Positions 37,653-48,080 of a stretch of 64,000 nt of DNA are shown piece after piece (position 1 is the stretch's first letter; each line of letters opens with the position of its first letter). The stretch is from an uncultured bacterium. GTDB taxonomy: Bacteria; Zixibacteria; MSB-5A5; CAIYYT01. The position numbers were made by a program, and so were the translations under genes. The stretch spans positions 6,479 through 70,478 of the forward strand of contig CAIYYT010000002.1 of the NCBI GenBank assembly GCA_903930455.1, read 5' to 3'. A model generated the notes under the pieces. That model saw only the letters and a list, made by a program, of their open reading frames with translations. It searched no databases and was not told the DNA's origin.

Positions 37653-38492
37653 ATGTTACAATTCTTTTGGAAGCTCCTCTTGGCAACAGCCTTAGCTCTG
37701 ACGTTTTTTATTCCGCGCGTTCAGGCTCAGGTGGCGTGGCAGTGCATTGACCTTGGTTCGTCATATTTCGACGGGCATAACAACACAACTGAGATGTCGC
37801 TTGGATATCCCGGAGGTATTGGTAACCGACCATCTCCTGGGGATTTCGATGTCGATGGAGGTGAACGATTCGATATTGAAGGCATTAGCTTCGCTTATGA
37901 CGATTCCTACCTGTACGTGTCGGTAACGGCTTCATTCCGAGTCGTGGCATACTCTAATCAGTTCAACCGTTGGCTAAGTGAACGGGGTCTATTCTTTGGC
38001 TCTAATGGCAGCAACTATGACTATGCTGTTGATGCTTCCACTCGCGAGCTGCGGGTGGTTGATTCTTGGGATTATGTGCCGAATAGGAAAGGGACTTATG
38101 GCTCTCACACAGCCCTACAGCAGGACATAGGAGCCTGCAGGAAAGGAGATATACCTCCAGGAAGCGGGAAAAACGGAGTGTTAGGATCAGTAATGGAAGA
38201 ATACTACCAATGCCGGAGGTTGGAACAGAATTACTTGACTCCCGGCAATGGTAGCACTTTGACCGAAGAGTATCGGATCTCCCGGGCTGATCTTCCAGGT
38301 CAAGCGAGCTATGGCACGATTTCTTTTCATACGAGTTTGAAATGCGACAACGATGTTGCTAACAAGGACTTCGCTTTTGTGCCTAAGCCAACAGCTATCA
38401 TTCTCCTTGGTATTGGTCTCTTGGGCATCGGCGCTTACAACAAGGCGAGATCAAGAAGTATAGTACTGAGTGCACATCGGCAGGAAAAATGA
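37653..38492 (+). CDS. PEP-CTERM-like secreted protein, a paralog of 36007..36771, with a variant VPKP tail.
   Basis: ATG 37653 preceded by GGGAGAG. Signal MLQFFWKLLLATALALTFFIPRVQAQ. Central region homologous to the divergent neighbour (…GERFDIEGISFAYDDSYLYVSVTASF). C-terminus FVPKPTAIILLGIGLLGIGAYNKARSRS. Confidence 0.8.
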   Translation: MLQFFWKLLLATALALTFFIPRVQAQVAWQCIDLGSSYFDGHNNTTEMSLGYPGGIGNRPSPGDFDVDGGERFDIEGISFAYDDSYLYVSVTASFRVVAYSNQFNRWLSERGLFFGSNGSNYDYAVDASTRELRVVDSWDYVPNRKGTYGSHTALQQDIGACRKGDIPPGSGKNGVLGSVMEEYYQCRRLEQNYLTPGNGSTLTEEYRISRADLPGQASYGTISFHTSLKCDNDVANKDFAFVPKPTAIILLGIGLLGIGAYNKARSRSIVLSAHRQEK

Positions 38493-39649
38493 TGTGAGTG
38501 ATATTGTTAAGAAGCAACCACTATTGACATACTTCGACATTCGCATTTCGGCAAGCCGCCGGATGGATGCCCACAAGGAAGCGCTGCTGCGGATCCGTAA
38601 TCTCTATCTCAGTTATCTTGCAGTGTTGGGTTTGTTGACAAAAAACACCGCTTTAGTCAGACGAGATGGCGTTCACATAAGTTTATGCCTAATTTTCTGC
38701 CGGAGTACATCTCTTTTACGTCAGGACTGCTACTTATTAAAAAACTTTGAGTTGGGAAATGGGCGAGCATGCACCCAGTTGATTTAGTCGACGAGCGACG
38801 TTCGGCTATGAAAATTCCTTGCCGCGAAGACCAGGCAAGCATATGGATAACAGGATGGCGGAAGAAGAGGCTCTGATGGCACTATCTGATCGGCCAGTAA
38901 GGAAATCCCCTCATTGCTTTGACTTCCGTTATCCTTTGGTAAATCAGGACTTAACAGGAAAGGTAATTTGGGTCTGACTGCCAGTGCCTTATTTCCCAGT
39001 CTGGCTGCTGCGGGGATAAACTGAGCAACTTCAGAAATTGAAGAACATGATTGACAGACAGAATCTTAGCTATTTTCCATCAAGAGAGCGCGACAAACGC
39101 TCTCTTTTTGCATCCCTGGGCCCCTTTGTAAATGGTGTAAGTCGTCAGACCAATTTGGACACCTAAGGGGAAGGCCGCGATCAAGCAGTTTTTTTCCTAT
39201 CGTCGCCGTCAGGCGGCGGTATTTGTCATGTCGGATTGGGCACGTTACTTATTCGAGCCCTTTCCCCTGGGAAGGCCCACGATATTGTTCTATTCGAGAG
39301 GTCGCTCACTCATGAAGCCCGGATTCTCGTTGATCAAATCCAGTCTTCTGAACTGACCTATCTCCCTGCAATTCCGACTCGTCTACTACTCACTCGCTGA
39401 TTTGGTCGGCCTGTAGTCGGAATGGTCCTCCATGTTCCAACACGGTATAGATCACCGTTACCAGCTTTCTGGCCACCGCGACGCGCGCCTTCTGAACATT
39501 CCTACAATAAAGAACGGGGTGAACGGGACGGTGATTCTGAAATCGCACTAATTGAGGCTTCGACTAGGGCGTGACGCAATGGCCGAGAGTCAAAACCTGG
39601 TGATGCCTCAGCTATGAAGGCTGTCACCAGAGGCTCTAATCGACGGAAT

Positions 39650-41020
39650 CAGACCGTATAACTGGCAGGAGCTCTTGAGCTCTGGAAGCGGTCAACGTTA
39701 TCGATCTTGGCATAGATCGTGTTGGGATCGTTATCATGACCGCCAGTCTGTCAAATGGATGCCAGAACAGCTACCGCAGCGGATAGTCTCCCGCCGAATG
39801 TACCCAAAGCCGACGGCACCACCTGGGCGCCGATTTTTTGGCAGTTGACATTGAATTGTGCTGATCTGAGCGTTCTCCAACACTGTCCCTTGAAGGCATT
39901 TTTCAACGCCAACAACAGGCGGAACTGGTTGGCGACAGATCAATGATAACTCAAATGATCACCCTTGAGGTTGTTTTTAACTCTTGAATCCGATTCTCGC
40001 AGTCACCACCAAAGGCGTATAAGTTATATAGCACTTGCCGGGTTCCGACTACGTTCGTCACCAGAAACCCGAGGTTGGAACCTTTGTCGTTGGGTTTGAC
40101 TTCGATGCTCACCCGCCACTCTTTCTCTCAGGAACCGGCTCGATACTCAGCCCCCGCGAACAGTCGCTGCTTCTGCGAATACGCCGTTTTAGCCACCTCG
40201 CCCGACTCTTTAGCTGAAGCTAGCAGACGATTATTGGTAATCAAACCGATCACATACGGCAAACCAGCCATTTCTCAGCAATCATACAGCTCGGGAATCG
40301 CAAACCCGGCGTCGGCGCGAATCACGATCTCCGTCTGGGGATACACTTCCCGTAGTCGCTTGACAATCTGCTCCAGAATCGCCACCACCCGACGGCTGGC
40401 ATGAACATTCCCCTCACGCAATGCCGCCGCAATCAACTCCCCGTTCTCACCATAGTAACCAACAACGGATGATAACTGCAGTTGTCGTAATATCCGTGAT
40501 AAAACGGCAGCCGCTGGTGACCATGCATCGGATCGGCCGTCGAATCAACATCCAAAATGATGCGCCACCGCGATCATGATGGCGACGAAAGGCAGAACTC
40601 CAGCGGATACGAAGAGAACCTACACAGCCCGCACCAGATTGCATGGTTTTCAAAACGACCGATCGTCGACTGCGAGGCTAACGACCCCTCCCACAACATC
40701 CGACCTGCGATACTCTTCAGAACCGAATCATGCCGCAAACTGTCAGCATCAATGGCGTCGTAGCCCGACACAATCTGTTAAAGACGCTGACGTGAGATCT
40801 CCGATAATGACTGCTTCACGTAACTCCCATGTCGACGATCCCGCAAACACTTTACCGACCCCGCCATGAAACCCAGCTTCTCGTCCTGTTGACGAACTAA
40901 CAACAGCCCCGCATCCGAGGAAATCTCCCCCATGGAAATCAACACTCGACTTTCGCTTGTCATAAGAAGGAAACAATTCTTCACAACAACCTAAATTTTC
41001 AATGGTCTCCACGGCAATCA
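39650..41020 (-). mobile_element. Degraded IS-type DDE transposase gene (IS4/IS1380-like), broken by several frameshifts and stops.
   Basis: Minus-strand fragments in different frames: SDAGLLLVRQQDEKLGF; ILDVDSTADPMHGHQRLPFYHGYYDNCSYHPLL; ELIAAALREGNVHASRRVV...YPQTEIVIRADAGFAIPELYD; NLGFLVTNV; LYNLYAFGGDCENRIQELK. These match the D-D-E and C-terminal signature blocks of this transposase class. Confidence 0.6.
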
Positions 41021-41417
41021 AGTTAAAACACTACAAATATATCACTTGGCGGCATTATCAAAAGTATAGTTATTACTCCGTAAGTATCTGGACTCGACAG
41101 ACGACAGAGATTCAGAACTCCTGAATCAGTGACACGATCGCACAGACGGTCAATCAATCGGCGTGCTGTTTTCATATTTTCCATTATTCCATTCTCCAGA
41201 TCGGCTGGAAATGACGACGACACTTGAGTGTGTCCGATGGTCAACCACAAATGCGGCCGATTGAGGCACCGTAGTTCAATGCGTGCATTGACATGAAACT
41301 GTGTAGAAAGCTGTTAAGTACCAATGCCAACTGCAGATAAGTTGGTTTCAACGAGATGATTTCGTTACCAAAACGACTGTAATCGCAGTGTCAGCTCATC
41401 TTCACGATTGTTGAACG

Positions 41418-42476
41418 TCACAGCTTCGACGTGTATTCCAAACTTAGCGTCCGGGCTATGATGGCAGGCGAGGAAGTGATCGGTATGCTGATGCGTCCTA
41501 GCAGATACAAACTGGACGCTGAATTGACATACCCAGGCCAACTGGTACAGGCATAGCGAAAATCGTGCTTTTCAAGCACTGGTTTGAGTCTGCGGTATCC
41601 GGCGACATCATCGCCGTATGGATAGGCAAATCCGGCGACCTCGGTTCCAAGATGCCGTTCGATAATGCTTTTTGATTCGACAATTTCCCGCTCAGCAGTC
41701 TCCAAATTAACATGAGAGAGATTGGAATGCGAGCATGTGTGGGCGCCAAAGCGGATGCCATAAGCGCCCATTTCACTGACTTGTTCCCAGGTCATCGGCT
41801 CCTCAATGCACGTAGCAGGCTCCCCCCATTGGATCAAGGCACCACGAAGCTCTTGCAGAATTCGATCGCAAGTCGCATCGTTTTTACGCATCAGGTCTCC
41901 TCTCAAATTCACAAGCAAAACCCGCTTGGCAGTGGCAGGAACTCGCAACGAATTCGCATCTAGTCCAACCGACCGCCCCATAATCTTTTCCACCTTCGTG
42001 ACCGTGTCCATTGTCAGGTCACATTGATCAATCATGACGGTAAGTGCTAACCACCAAGGCGTCAACCGTCCGTCGATCCAATCAGTAGGCAGAAAGATTG
42101 TAGCCGTGATGTCGTACTTTCTCAACAGGGGAAAGACAATCTTGTAAGCCGACGAATAGCCATCATCAAGCGTGATCGCGGCGCTTTTTTCTCTGAGCTT
42201 CCCGTTATCTCTGATCTCACGCACTGCATCTTCTACCGAAACTACCCGGTAATAACTTTTCAGCGTTATTAGCACTGCTTCAAATTGGGTCCGACTGGGC
42301 GTTCCCCCGGCAAACCAATGTGACTGCTGGGCATCATCTACCACGTTATGAAACATGAGGATTAGTAAGTGATTCTCAGATGGCTTGTGAAGATGTTCAT
42401 ACAGGGAATAATACCCGCTGTAATAGAGTATTTTCTTGACGATATCCTTCTGCTGATCTCTTGTCCAATCCATCAC
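41418..42476 (-). CDS. Polysaccharide deacetylase (NodB homology domain) family protein. GTG at 42476, ATG at 42473.
   Basis: ITLDDGYSSAYKIVFPLLRKYDITATIFLPTDWIDG (NodB motifs 1-2). ...FGAHTCSH... Confidence 0.85.
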   Translation of the reverse strand: MMDWTRDQQKDIVKKILYYSGYYSLYEHLHKPSENHLLILMFHNVVDDAQQSHWFAGGTPSRTQFEAVLITLKSYYRVVSVEDAVREIRDNGKLREKSAAITLDDGYSSAYKIVFPLLRKYDITATIFLPTDWIDGRLTPWWLALTVMIDQCDLTMDTVTKVEKIMGRSVGLDANSLRVPATAKRVLLVNLRGDLMRKNDATCDRILQELRGALIQWGEPATCIEEPMTWEQVSEMGAYGIRFGAHTCSHSNLSHVNLETAEREIVESKSIIERHLGTEVAGFAYPYGDDVAGYRRLKPVLEKHDFRYACTSWPGYVNSASSLYLLGRISIPITSSPAIIARTLSLEYTSKL

Positions 42477-42478
42477 TT

Positions 42479-43723
42479 TTATTGCCTCTTAACCAGCCAT
42501 CGCTTGACTGTTTCAGTTTTACTCCCGAGCACAGTCTTGCCGATTTGCTTGCTGAAGCGATTGACAAACTGAGTAAAAATATGGATCAGTGCCCCAGAGG
42601 ATCGGTTGTAGAAGGTAACCAGCAATTCCCGTTGCTCCCGGTCCGTCCAGTTATATTTGTAGTCTTCATATCCACGGAGGAAATCAAATTTCGTGCACCC
42701 GCGTTTGATGGCCGCTTCAAGGCACCGGCCAAGCAGAACCCGTCCGATACTTGCCTTAGGTACGGCCGAGTGTTCTGTTCCAAGAAGGTAGCCATGCATA
42801 ACTTTGTTGTGCTCAAAGCCGTAAAAACTGCCGACCGGCGTTTCATCAAGTTCGAGGTTACACAAGAACAGGTTTCCGTCGGCGAGTAGATTCCCTGCGA
42901 GCTCGTGGTGGAACTGCCTAAATTTCTCGGTAGCAAAACTGCCGTTCTGGCCACGCTCTTTCCATGACTTGCGGTGAAGTGCAATGAGGGTTTTCATGAA
43001 CACGGGAATACTGTCAACAGTGCTACAGACATTCAGCTCAAGAGGCCCCGCCTGGGTCATAAGGCAGGCAGAGGTTTTCAAGCTCCCTCTCGAATTGGAA
43101 CTCAGCGAAGCAAGGTACGCTTCCCATGTATCCGGAAGAGCTACATATGGACAAATCGTGTATCCGGTGATGCCCATCTCAATGCAACGATTATCCTTGT
43201 CAGACAGCTCCCTCAATATCTGAAGCACCCTTGAATCCGATGGCACATAGTTATACTCCCAGATGTCCCATTCTTTGCACAGAGGACCATAAAGGTGCTC
43301 CCAGATTGCCGCGCAGATGGTTTTGGAATTCTTTCGAGAAACGATCAGATCCAAATGATCGGCACAGATCTCTTCGGAGCCGATAAATCGCAGTATTTTC
43401 AGGTTACCTAATCCAAGTTGTCGCACCCGCTTTATCCAAAACGGTGCCAGTCCGACCAGTTTATCGTCGTCGAAGATTGCCAGACAGAGCGGTCGGCTTT
43501 CCTTGAGATAAACGCTCATCCAGTGTGAGAGCCACACCCAAGTGAGGGAATAACTGTCATTAAGACTTTGCCCAAGCAACTGGTCCCACTGGCTAGAGAG
43601 TGCCTCTAATTCTTCGACACCGGTCAGACACTTTACGTGAAGCAAGCTTTCATTACCTCCAGTGGTGGTTATTGGATATTGAATCGCAATCGGACATCGC
43701 ATCGACAGGCCCCGACATATCAA
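42479..43723 (-). CDS. FemAB/CelD-like (GNAT fold) acyltransferase of the type associated with PEP-CTERM EPS loci. TTG start at 43723; the ATG at 43702 is an alternative.
   Basis: 414 aa. Overall architecture of BioF2/FemAB-like acetyltransferases (…FDFLRGYEDYKYNW…). Placed in an operon with the deacetylase (3-nt gap). Confidence 0.65.
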   Translation of the reverse strand: MICRGLSMRCPIAIQYPITTTGGNESLLHVKCLTGVEELEALSSQWDQLLGQSLNDSYSLTWVWLSHWMSVYLKESRPLCLAIFDDDKLVGLAPFWIKRVRQLGLGNLKILRFIGSEEICADHLDLIVSRKNSKTICAAIWEHLYGPLCKEWDIWEYNYVPSDSRVLQILRELSDKDNRCIEMGITGYTICPYVALPDTWEAYLASLSSNSRGSLKTSACLMTQAGPLELNVCSTVDSIPVFMKTLIALHRKSWKERGQNGSFATEKFRQFHHELAGNLLADGNLFLCNLELDETPVGSFYGFEHNKVMHGYLLGTEHSAVPKASIGRVLLGRCLEAAIKRGCTKFDFLRGYEDYKYNWTDREQRELLVTFYNRSSGALIHIFTQFVNRFSKQIGKTVLGSKTETVKRWLVKRQ

Positions 43724-43849
43724 CTTGTTGCTTCATAGTCATATTCCCGGTCGGCAATTTGCCATTGTCGCAGTTAGATGACATGTTGTCCCATCCTCCT
43801 GATAGAACGAAATACTACCTTCCCGATTTGTCCACCAAATTGGGACGGT

Positions 43850-44539
43850 TCACATATCTGCACTCCCCCTCTTTGAACGTGGCTTTCTAATTGGCGCACT
43901 TTCGAAGTGCTTTAGCAACATTTGCCTCTTATAGTCCTTTGGTATTTCCATCTCTCTCGGGAATGGGTATTCATCACTTCTGACCAAGCCTTTGCTATTC
44001 ATCCTACTTAACCTGTAGAACTCAATATCTGACATCCACTTCGCAGGATTGCCGATAATAACTGAATTGTCAGGAAAACTACTCATTACTACGGAACCCG
44101 CTGCCACCAAACAATTATCTCCGATTTGGACGTCCGGCAGGAAGATCGTTCTATACCCAATAAAGCAGTTTCGTCCGATCTTAATTCTCCCAAAATAGCC
44201 GTGAATATTCCCCTGTCCATCATTAAAGTTATACACAGCACCATCGTGAGTTATAAAAGAAACATCACCAGATATAATCGTATTGTCACCAATCTCTACC
44301 AAGTAAGCTTCTGGTGAAAATAAAAGGCCACCAAAGAACCTGCAATTATCCCCGACTTTGGCTCCTTGATCACGCGCAGATTGTATGTTCCAAGCAATGT
44401 GATCTCTTCGGGCAAGCTGTCTCATCCAGAAGGAACGATAAAGACCCTTGAATAATTCCACTTTTCGCAAAAAAGTGATCTTTAGAAATAAAGATACAGT
44501 GTTAACAAAATAGCCTCTTATCCTGTACGTTGATTTCAT
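43850..44539 (-). CDS. Hexapeptide-repeat (LbH) acetyltransferase, WcaF/CysE-like. Start chosen at ATG 44539; the ORF extends to a TTG at 44575.
   Basis: IGDNCRFFGG...VEIGDNTIISGDVSFITHDG...IKIGRNCFIGYRTIFLPDVQIGDNCLVAAGSVV hexapeptide repeats. Confidence 0.8.
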   Translation of the reverse strand: MKSTYRIRGYFVNTVSLFLKITFLRKVELFKGLYRSFWMRQLARRDHIAWNIQSARDQGAKVGDNCRFFGGLLFSPEAYLVEIGDNTIISGDVSFITHDGAVYNFNDGQGNIHGYFGRIKIGRNCFIGYRTIFLPDVQIGDNCLVAAGSVVMSSFPDNSVIIGNPAKWMSDIEFYRLSRMNSKGLVRSDEYPFPREMEIPKDYKRQMLLKHFESAPIRKPRSKRGSADM

Positions 44540-44640
44540 TTTGTAGTGTTCTCCATTCCAGTATCCAGAATACAAACCCTGTCGAGCACCTCAATCGGTG
44601 GAAATACTACGGTTGCATCAACATTGTATGCACCGCACCA

Positions 44641-45780
44641 TCATTTCCTTCCCACGACATCTTTATACACCGCCAATACGCGGTTGCGGTGAACCTCAAT
44701 CGAAAATTCTGTTTCCACCCTGAGCCGTGCCCCTTCTCCAAGCGTTAGCTCCCGATCAGCTTGCGCAAGCAGATCGAGGCAGACCCTAGCCACACGCTCA
44801 ATGTCTCCGGGCCTCACGAGTATGCCGGAGACGTTGTGTTCGACAACCTCCGGTATTCCACCGACACTCATCGCCACCACCGGTAGCTTCAGAGTCATCG
44901 CCTCCAACAGAATCAATGGTATCCCTTCATGATACGATGTCATCACAAACAGATCAAGGCAATTTACAATATCCCATATATCATGACGAAATCCCAGAAA
45001 TCGCACTTGATGTTCCAGTCCCAGGGACTTGGCCAATTGCTCGTACTCGGATTGTTTAGGACCGTCACCGACAAGGAGAAACACGGCATCCGACCTCCGC
45101 GACGCGATCACCTTTGCAGCTAGGAGAAATCGATCAAACCCCTTGACTGGCACCATCCGTCCGATTGCCCCAATCACGGGCTGACTGTCACCGATTCCCA
45201 ATTCTCTCCGGACCACTCCTGCTGGTCGGGACGGAATCACGCGGGACATGTCCACGGCATTGTGTATCGTCACGATCTTCGCATAATCAAGACAACCACT
45301 ACGCTGACGTCGGATATCATCGGAGACGGCGATAATGCGGTCAAATCTGCGGGAGATGCGACTATTTATATAGCCATACAGACGAGCTTTGAGACTCTTC
45401 AGTCCGCTCATATTCTCTTGGTTTCCGTGCACGGTCTGGACAAGATGGCCTATCTGACAGCGCCTTTTTAGCAGAACTCCCAGAAGGTTTTCTTTGTAGC
45501 GATGCGAATGCAGAATATCTATACTCTGTCCCGAAAGTTCTGCGCTTGCCATTTTTACGATTGTCCCAAACCGGTTCTTAGTTTCGTCGATTACCGTGAC
45601 TTGGATGCCTGCCTGCTTGAGCAGATCGGCCAATTTCCCTTCATTCAGAACAATGACCGAGAGACTAAGCGATGGTTCCGTTCGCAGAGACAACAAAAGC
45701 GAATACGCCTGCACCTCGGCACCAGCCCACAAATCGCCGGAAACAAGGTGGCAGATGGCTATCTTTTGGTTGATTCCCAT
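44641..45780 (-). CDS. Glycosyltransferase family 4 (GT-B).
   Basis: EGIPLILLEAMTLKLPVVAMSVGGIPEVV, the classical E-x7-E GT4 motif. ATG start. Confidence 0.9.
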   Translation of the reverse strand: MGINQKIAICHLVSGDLWAGAEVQAYSLLLSLRTEPSLSLSVIVLNEGKLADLLKQAGIQVTVIDETKNRFGTIVKMASAELSGQSIDILHSHRYKENLLGVLLKRRCQIGHLVQTVHGNQENMSGLKSLKARLYGYINSRISRRFDRIIAVSDDIRRQRSGCLDYAKIVTIHNAVDMSRVIPSRPAGVVRRELGIGDSQPVIGAIGRMVPVKGFDRFLLAAKVIASRRSDAVFLLVGDGPKQSEYEQLAKSLGLEHQVRFLGFRHDIWDIVNCLDLFVMTSYHEGIPLILLEAMTLKLPVVAMSVGGIPEVVEHNVSGILVRPGDIERVARVCLDLLAQADRELTLGEGARLRVETEFSIEVHRNRVLAVYKDVVGRK

Positions 45781-46907
45781 ACCACGTATTTGTTTCCCGA
45801 CAAATATTTGTACCAGGCCAACAGGATCGATAGGTTGACCATCGAAAAAAACAAAGGAATCTTAAACGGCGCAAATCGTTGTAGTCTCCGGATGAGATAA
45901 CCGGCCAGAGCCAGCAGGTACACCAACGCCTGAGCCGCCAGTGTCAACTGGTAGAACCAACCGTGGTTCACCAGCGCCAAATTTGTGGCCACAGCGATAA
46001 TGAGCGCGAATGGCACCAGCCAGCGACAGAGTTTATGGCTAATCATCTGAAAGGCATAACCACCATACTTGAATGGGTTCATAATCCCCTTGAAATGAAA
46101 AAGAACTTCAAGGCCATGAACCACCGTCCGCACCTTGCGTTCGAACTCCCTGGCCGAATCATTGACGACCCGATAGACGCCAAACGCCTCATGATCAACC
46201 ACAGCACGATAACCATTCATTTTCGCAACGATCGGCATGTAGAAGTCGCTCGACATTTCATCGATCCAGGCGCTGCACAGGAGCTTTCGTACCGAGAAGA
46301 AGCAACCGCTAGCCCCCACGATTGAGTCAACTCGTTCCTCGAACGAACGAAGCTTCATCTCATATTTTACGTACGCTCCTTCTCCGGCCAACTCGCCCCC
46401 CGCTGTTTCGGTCCGGTCTTCTCCCGAGACACAGCCGACGCTCGGGTCCGCATAGCTTCGAACGATCTTGGACAGGGCGTCCCTCTCGAGAAATGTTGTG
46501 GCATCAGTAACAACCACAATCTCGCCGACGGCCACTTGAAGGCCCCGGTGCTGGGCAGAGTGCTTGCCTTCGCGCACCGACGCCGTCAACAGCGTTATAT
46601 TACGATCGGCAAATGATTTGACTATCGTGTCTGTTGCGTCAGTAGAAGCGTCTGACACAACGAGGATTTCGAGCTTACTTTTAGGATAGTTCAGGCTCAG
46701 ACTATTCTCTATCTTCTGCGCAATCCGCTTTTCCTCATTGTACGCGGTGATGATCACGCTTAACTGAGGAAAATAGTCCTTCTTGTTGACTGGTCTCGGT
46801 CGAACGACGGACAGAATCCACATTGTAACGAAATAGCCGACATAGGCCCACCAAACCAGTAGCAGAGAGCCCCAGAAAGATATGTAAAGAATAGTGACAA
46901 TCGTCAT
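45759..46907 (-). CDS. Glycosyltransferase family 2 with flanking TM helices (membrane-embedded, possibly processive). ATG 46907; a GTG at 46928 is the alternative.
   Basis: LSVIITAYNEEKRI...LEILVVSDASTDATDTIV (DxD region). ...GASGCFFSVRK. TM helices at both ends. Confidence 0.85.
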   Translation of the reverse strand: MTIVTILYISFWGSLLLVWWAYVGYFVTMWILSVVRPRPVNKKDYFPQLSVIITAYNEEKRIAQKIENSLSLNYPKSKLEILVVSDASTDATDTIVKSFADRNITLLTASVREGKHSAQHRGLQVAVGEIVVVTDATTFLERDALSKIVRSYADPSVGCVSGEDRTETAGGELAGEGAYVKYEMKLRSFEERVDSIVGASGCFFSVRKLLCSAWIDEMSSDFYMPIVAKMNGYRAVVDHEAFGVYRVVNDSAREFERKVRTVVHGLEVLFHFKGIMNPFKYGGYAFQMISHKLCRWLVPFALIIAVATNLALVNHGWFYQLTLAAQALVYLLALAGYLIRRLQRFAPFKIPLFFSMVNLSILLAWYKYLSGNKYVVWESTKR

Positions 46908-46985
46908 ATGGCCGGTCTTTTCCGCCACAGGCGTGGGATAGTAGTCGATTCTGCTCGCTTCCCAACTGCTGCCAGAACTACCATA

Positions 46986-48080
46986 TCAACCCAGTACCCT
47001 TTGAATGTGGCAGGCAAAAAGGGACTCTGAGAAACCTCCGAATATCCCTAAACTGTTTCCCTGATGAACATTAGTTCGTCCTAATGCATATCGGTCACTC
47101 TGACGTGAAATATGAGCGCTTGCTACAGCCAATGCGCATCGATACCCAGTTTGTCGAACAAGTTGTTTGATCTCGTCATCATAATTGCCATTCGGGTAAG
47201 CCAGAGAGTCAACCTTGGTCCCCAGTCGCTCTTCTATCGCTCTTTTCGACTCCCGCAATTCTCGCTCCTGTTGCACGGGGCTGATCATCGTCAGTAACTC
47301 GTGACTGATACCATGTGAGCCAAACGTGATCCCCGCTGTTTTCATTTCTGCGATTTCATCCCAGTCGAGCATCACTCGTGCCCCCGACGTGGCGGGGATA
47401 TTTTCGGGCGCACGATTGAACAGCATTTTCATCAGAGCTTCTCTCGCGTCTGGCGTCAATTGCTTCATCTCCGCGATGAGTTGATTCAACACGAGCGATA
47501 GCTGCGCCGCACCGGTCTCGCCGATGGATCTTATCAGCTTTCCGATAACCGCTGGAACCAGAACGCCGGCGTCATTCAGAAGTTCCCTAACAAACTGACC
47601 TTCGTCGGTTAGGCATTTAATCACGCGTTCTGGCCAGAAGATACTATTCGTGCCGATGAATTTGGTTGAAAGAAATATCGTTGCCGGGAGCTTGTATTTC
47701 TTGAGTACTGGGTAGGCGTAGACGTAATTATCTCTCCAGCCGTCATCAAATGTGATCACGACGGACTTAGATGGCAAAGAATTTTCTGAATCAAGACACC
47801 GAAGCAACTGGTCAAGCGAAATCACTTTGTAATTACTTGCGATATAGCGCATCTGTGCATCGAACATCTCCGGCGACACAAGAATCCCAGGCAAAGACCG
47901 ACACCGTTCCCATTCCGGTCGTTCTCTGACATCTCTGTCGATGGGCAAGATTCGGTGATACATCAAAATGATGCATGAGCCGTATGGCTTCGAGCGACTT
48001 CTGACGCGCTCAATGACAGACAGGAGACCGGAATAATAGACGACGGTCGCCAGAGCCAATTTGACTGTTGTTCTGATCAT
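46986..48080 (-). CDS. Polysaccharide deacetylase (NodB) family protein. Its ATG overlaps the upstream gene's TGA (ATGA).
   Basis: VVITFDDGWRDNYVYAYPVLKKYKLPATIFLSTKFIG. Start at 48080 chosen because ORF 48077..49510 terminates at 48077. Confidence 0.85.
   Translation of the reverse strand: MIRTTVKLALATVVYYSGLLSVIERVRSRSKPYGSCIILMYHRILPIDRDVRERPEWERCRSLPGILVSPEMFDAQMRYIASNYKVISLDQLLRCLDSENSLPSKSVVITFDDGWRDNYVYAYPVLKKYKLPATIFLSTKFIGTNSIFWPERVIKCLTDEGQFVRELLNDAGVLVPAVIGKLIRSIGETGAAQLSLVLNQLIAEMKQLTPDAREALMKMLFNRAPENIPATSGARVMLDWDEIAEMKTAGITFGSHGISHELLTMISPVQQERELRESKRAIEERLGTKVDSLAYPNGNYDDEIKQLVRQTGYRCALAVASAHISRQSDRYALGRTNVHQGNSLGIFGGFSESLFACHIQRVLG

Noticed and set aside
36928-38787. Small ORFs 36928..37212 and 38470..38787 flanking the plus-strand PEP-CTERM gene.
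   Set aside because: No motifs and weak start signals. They are more likely promoter or regulatory DNA and a decayed region next to the IS relic.
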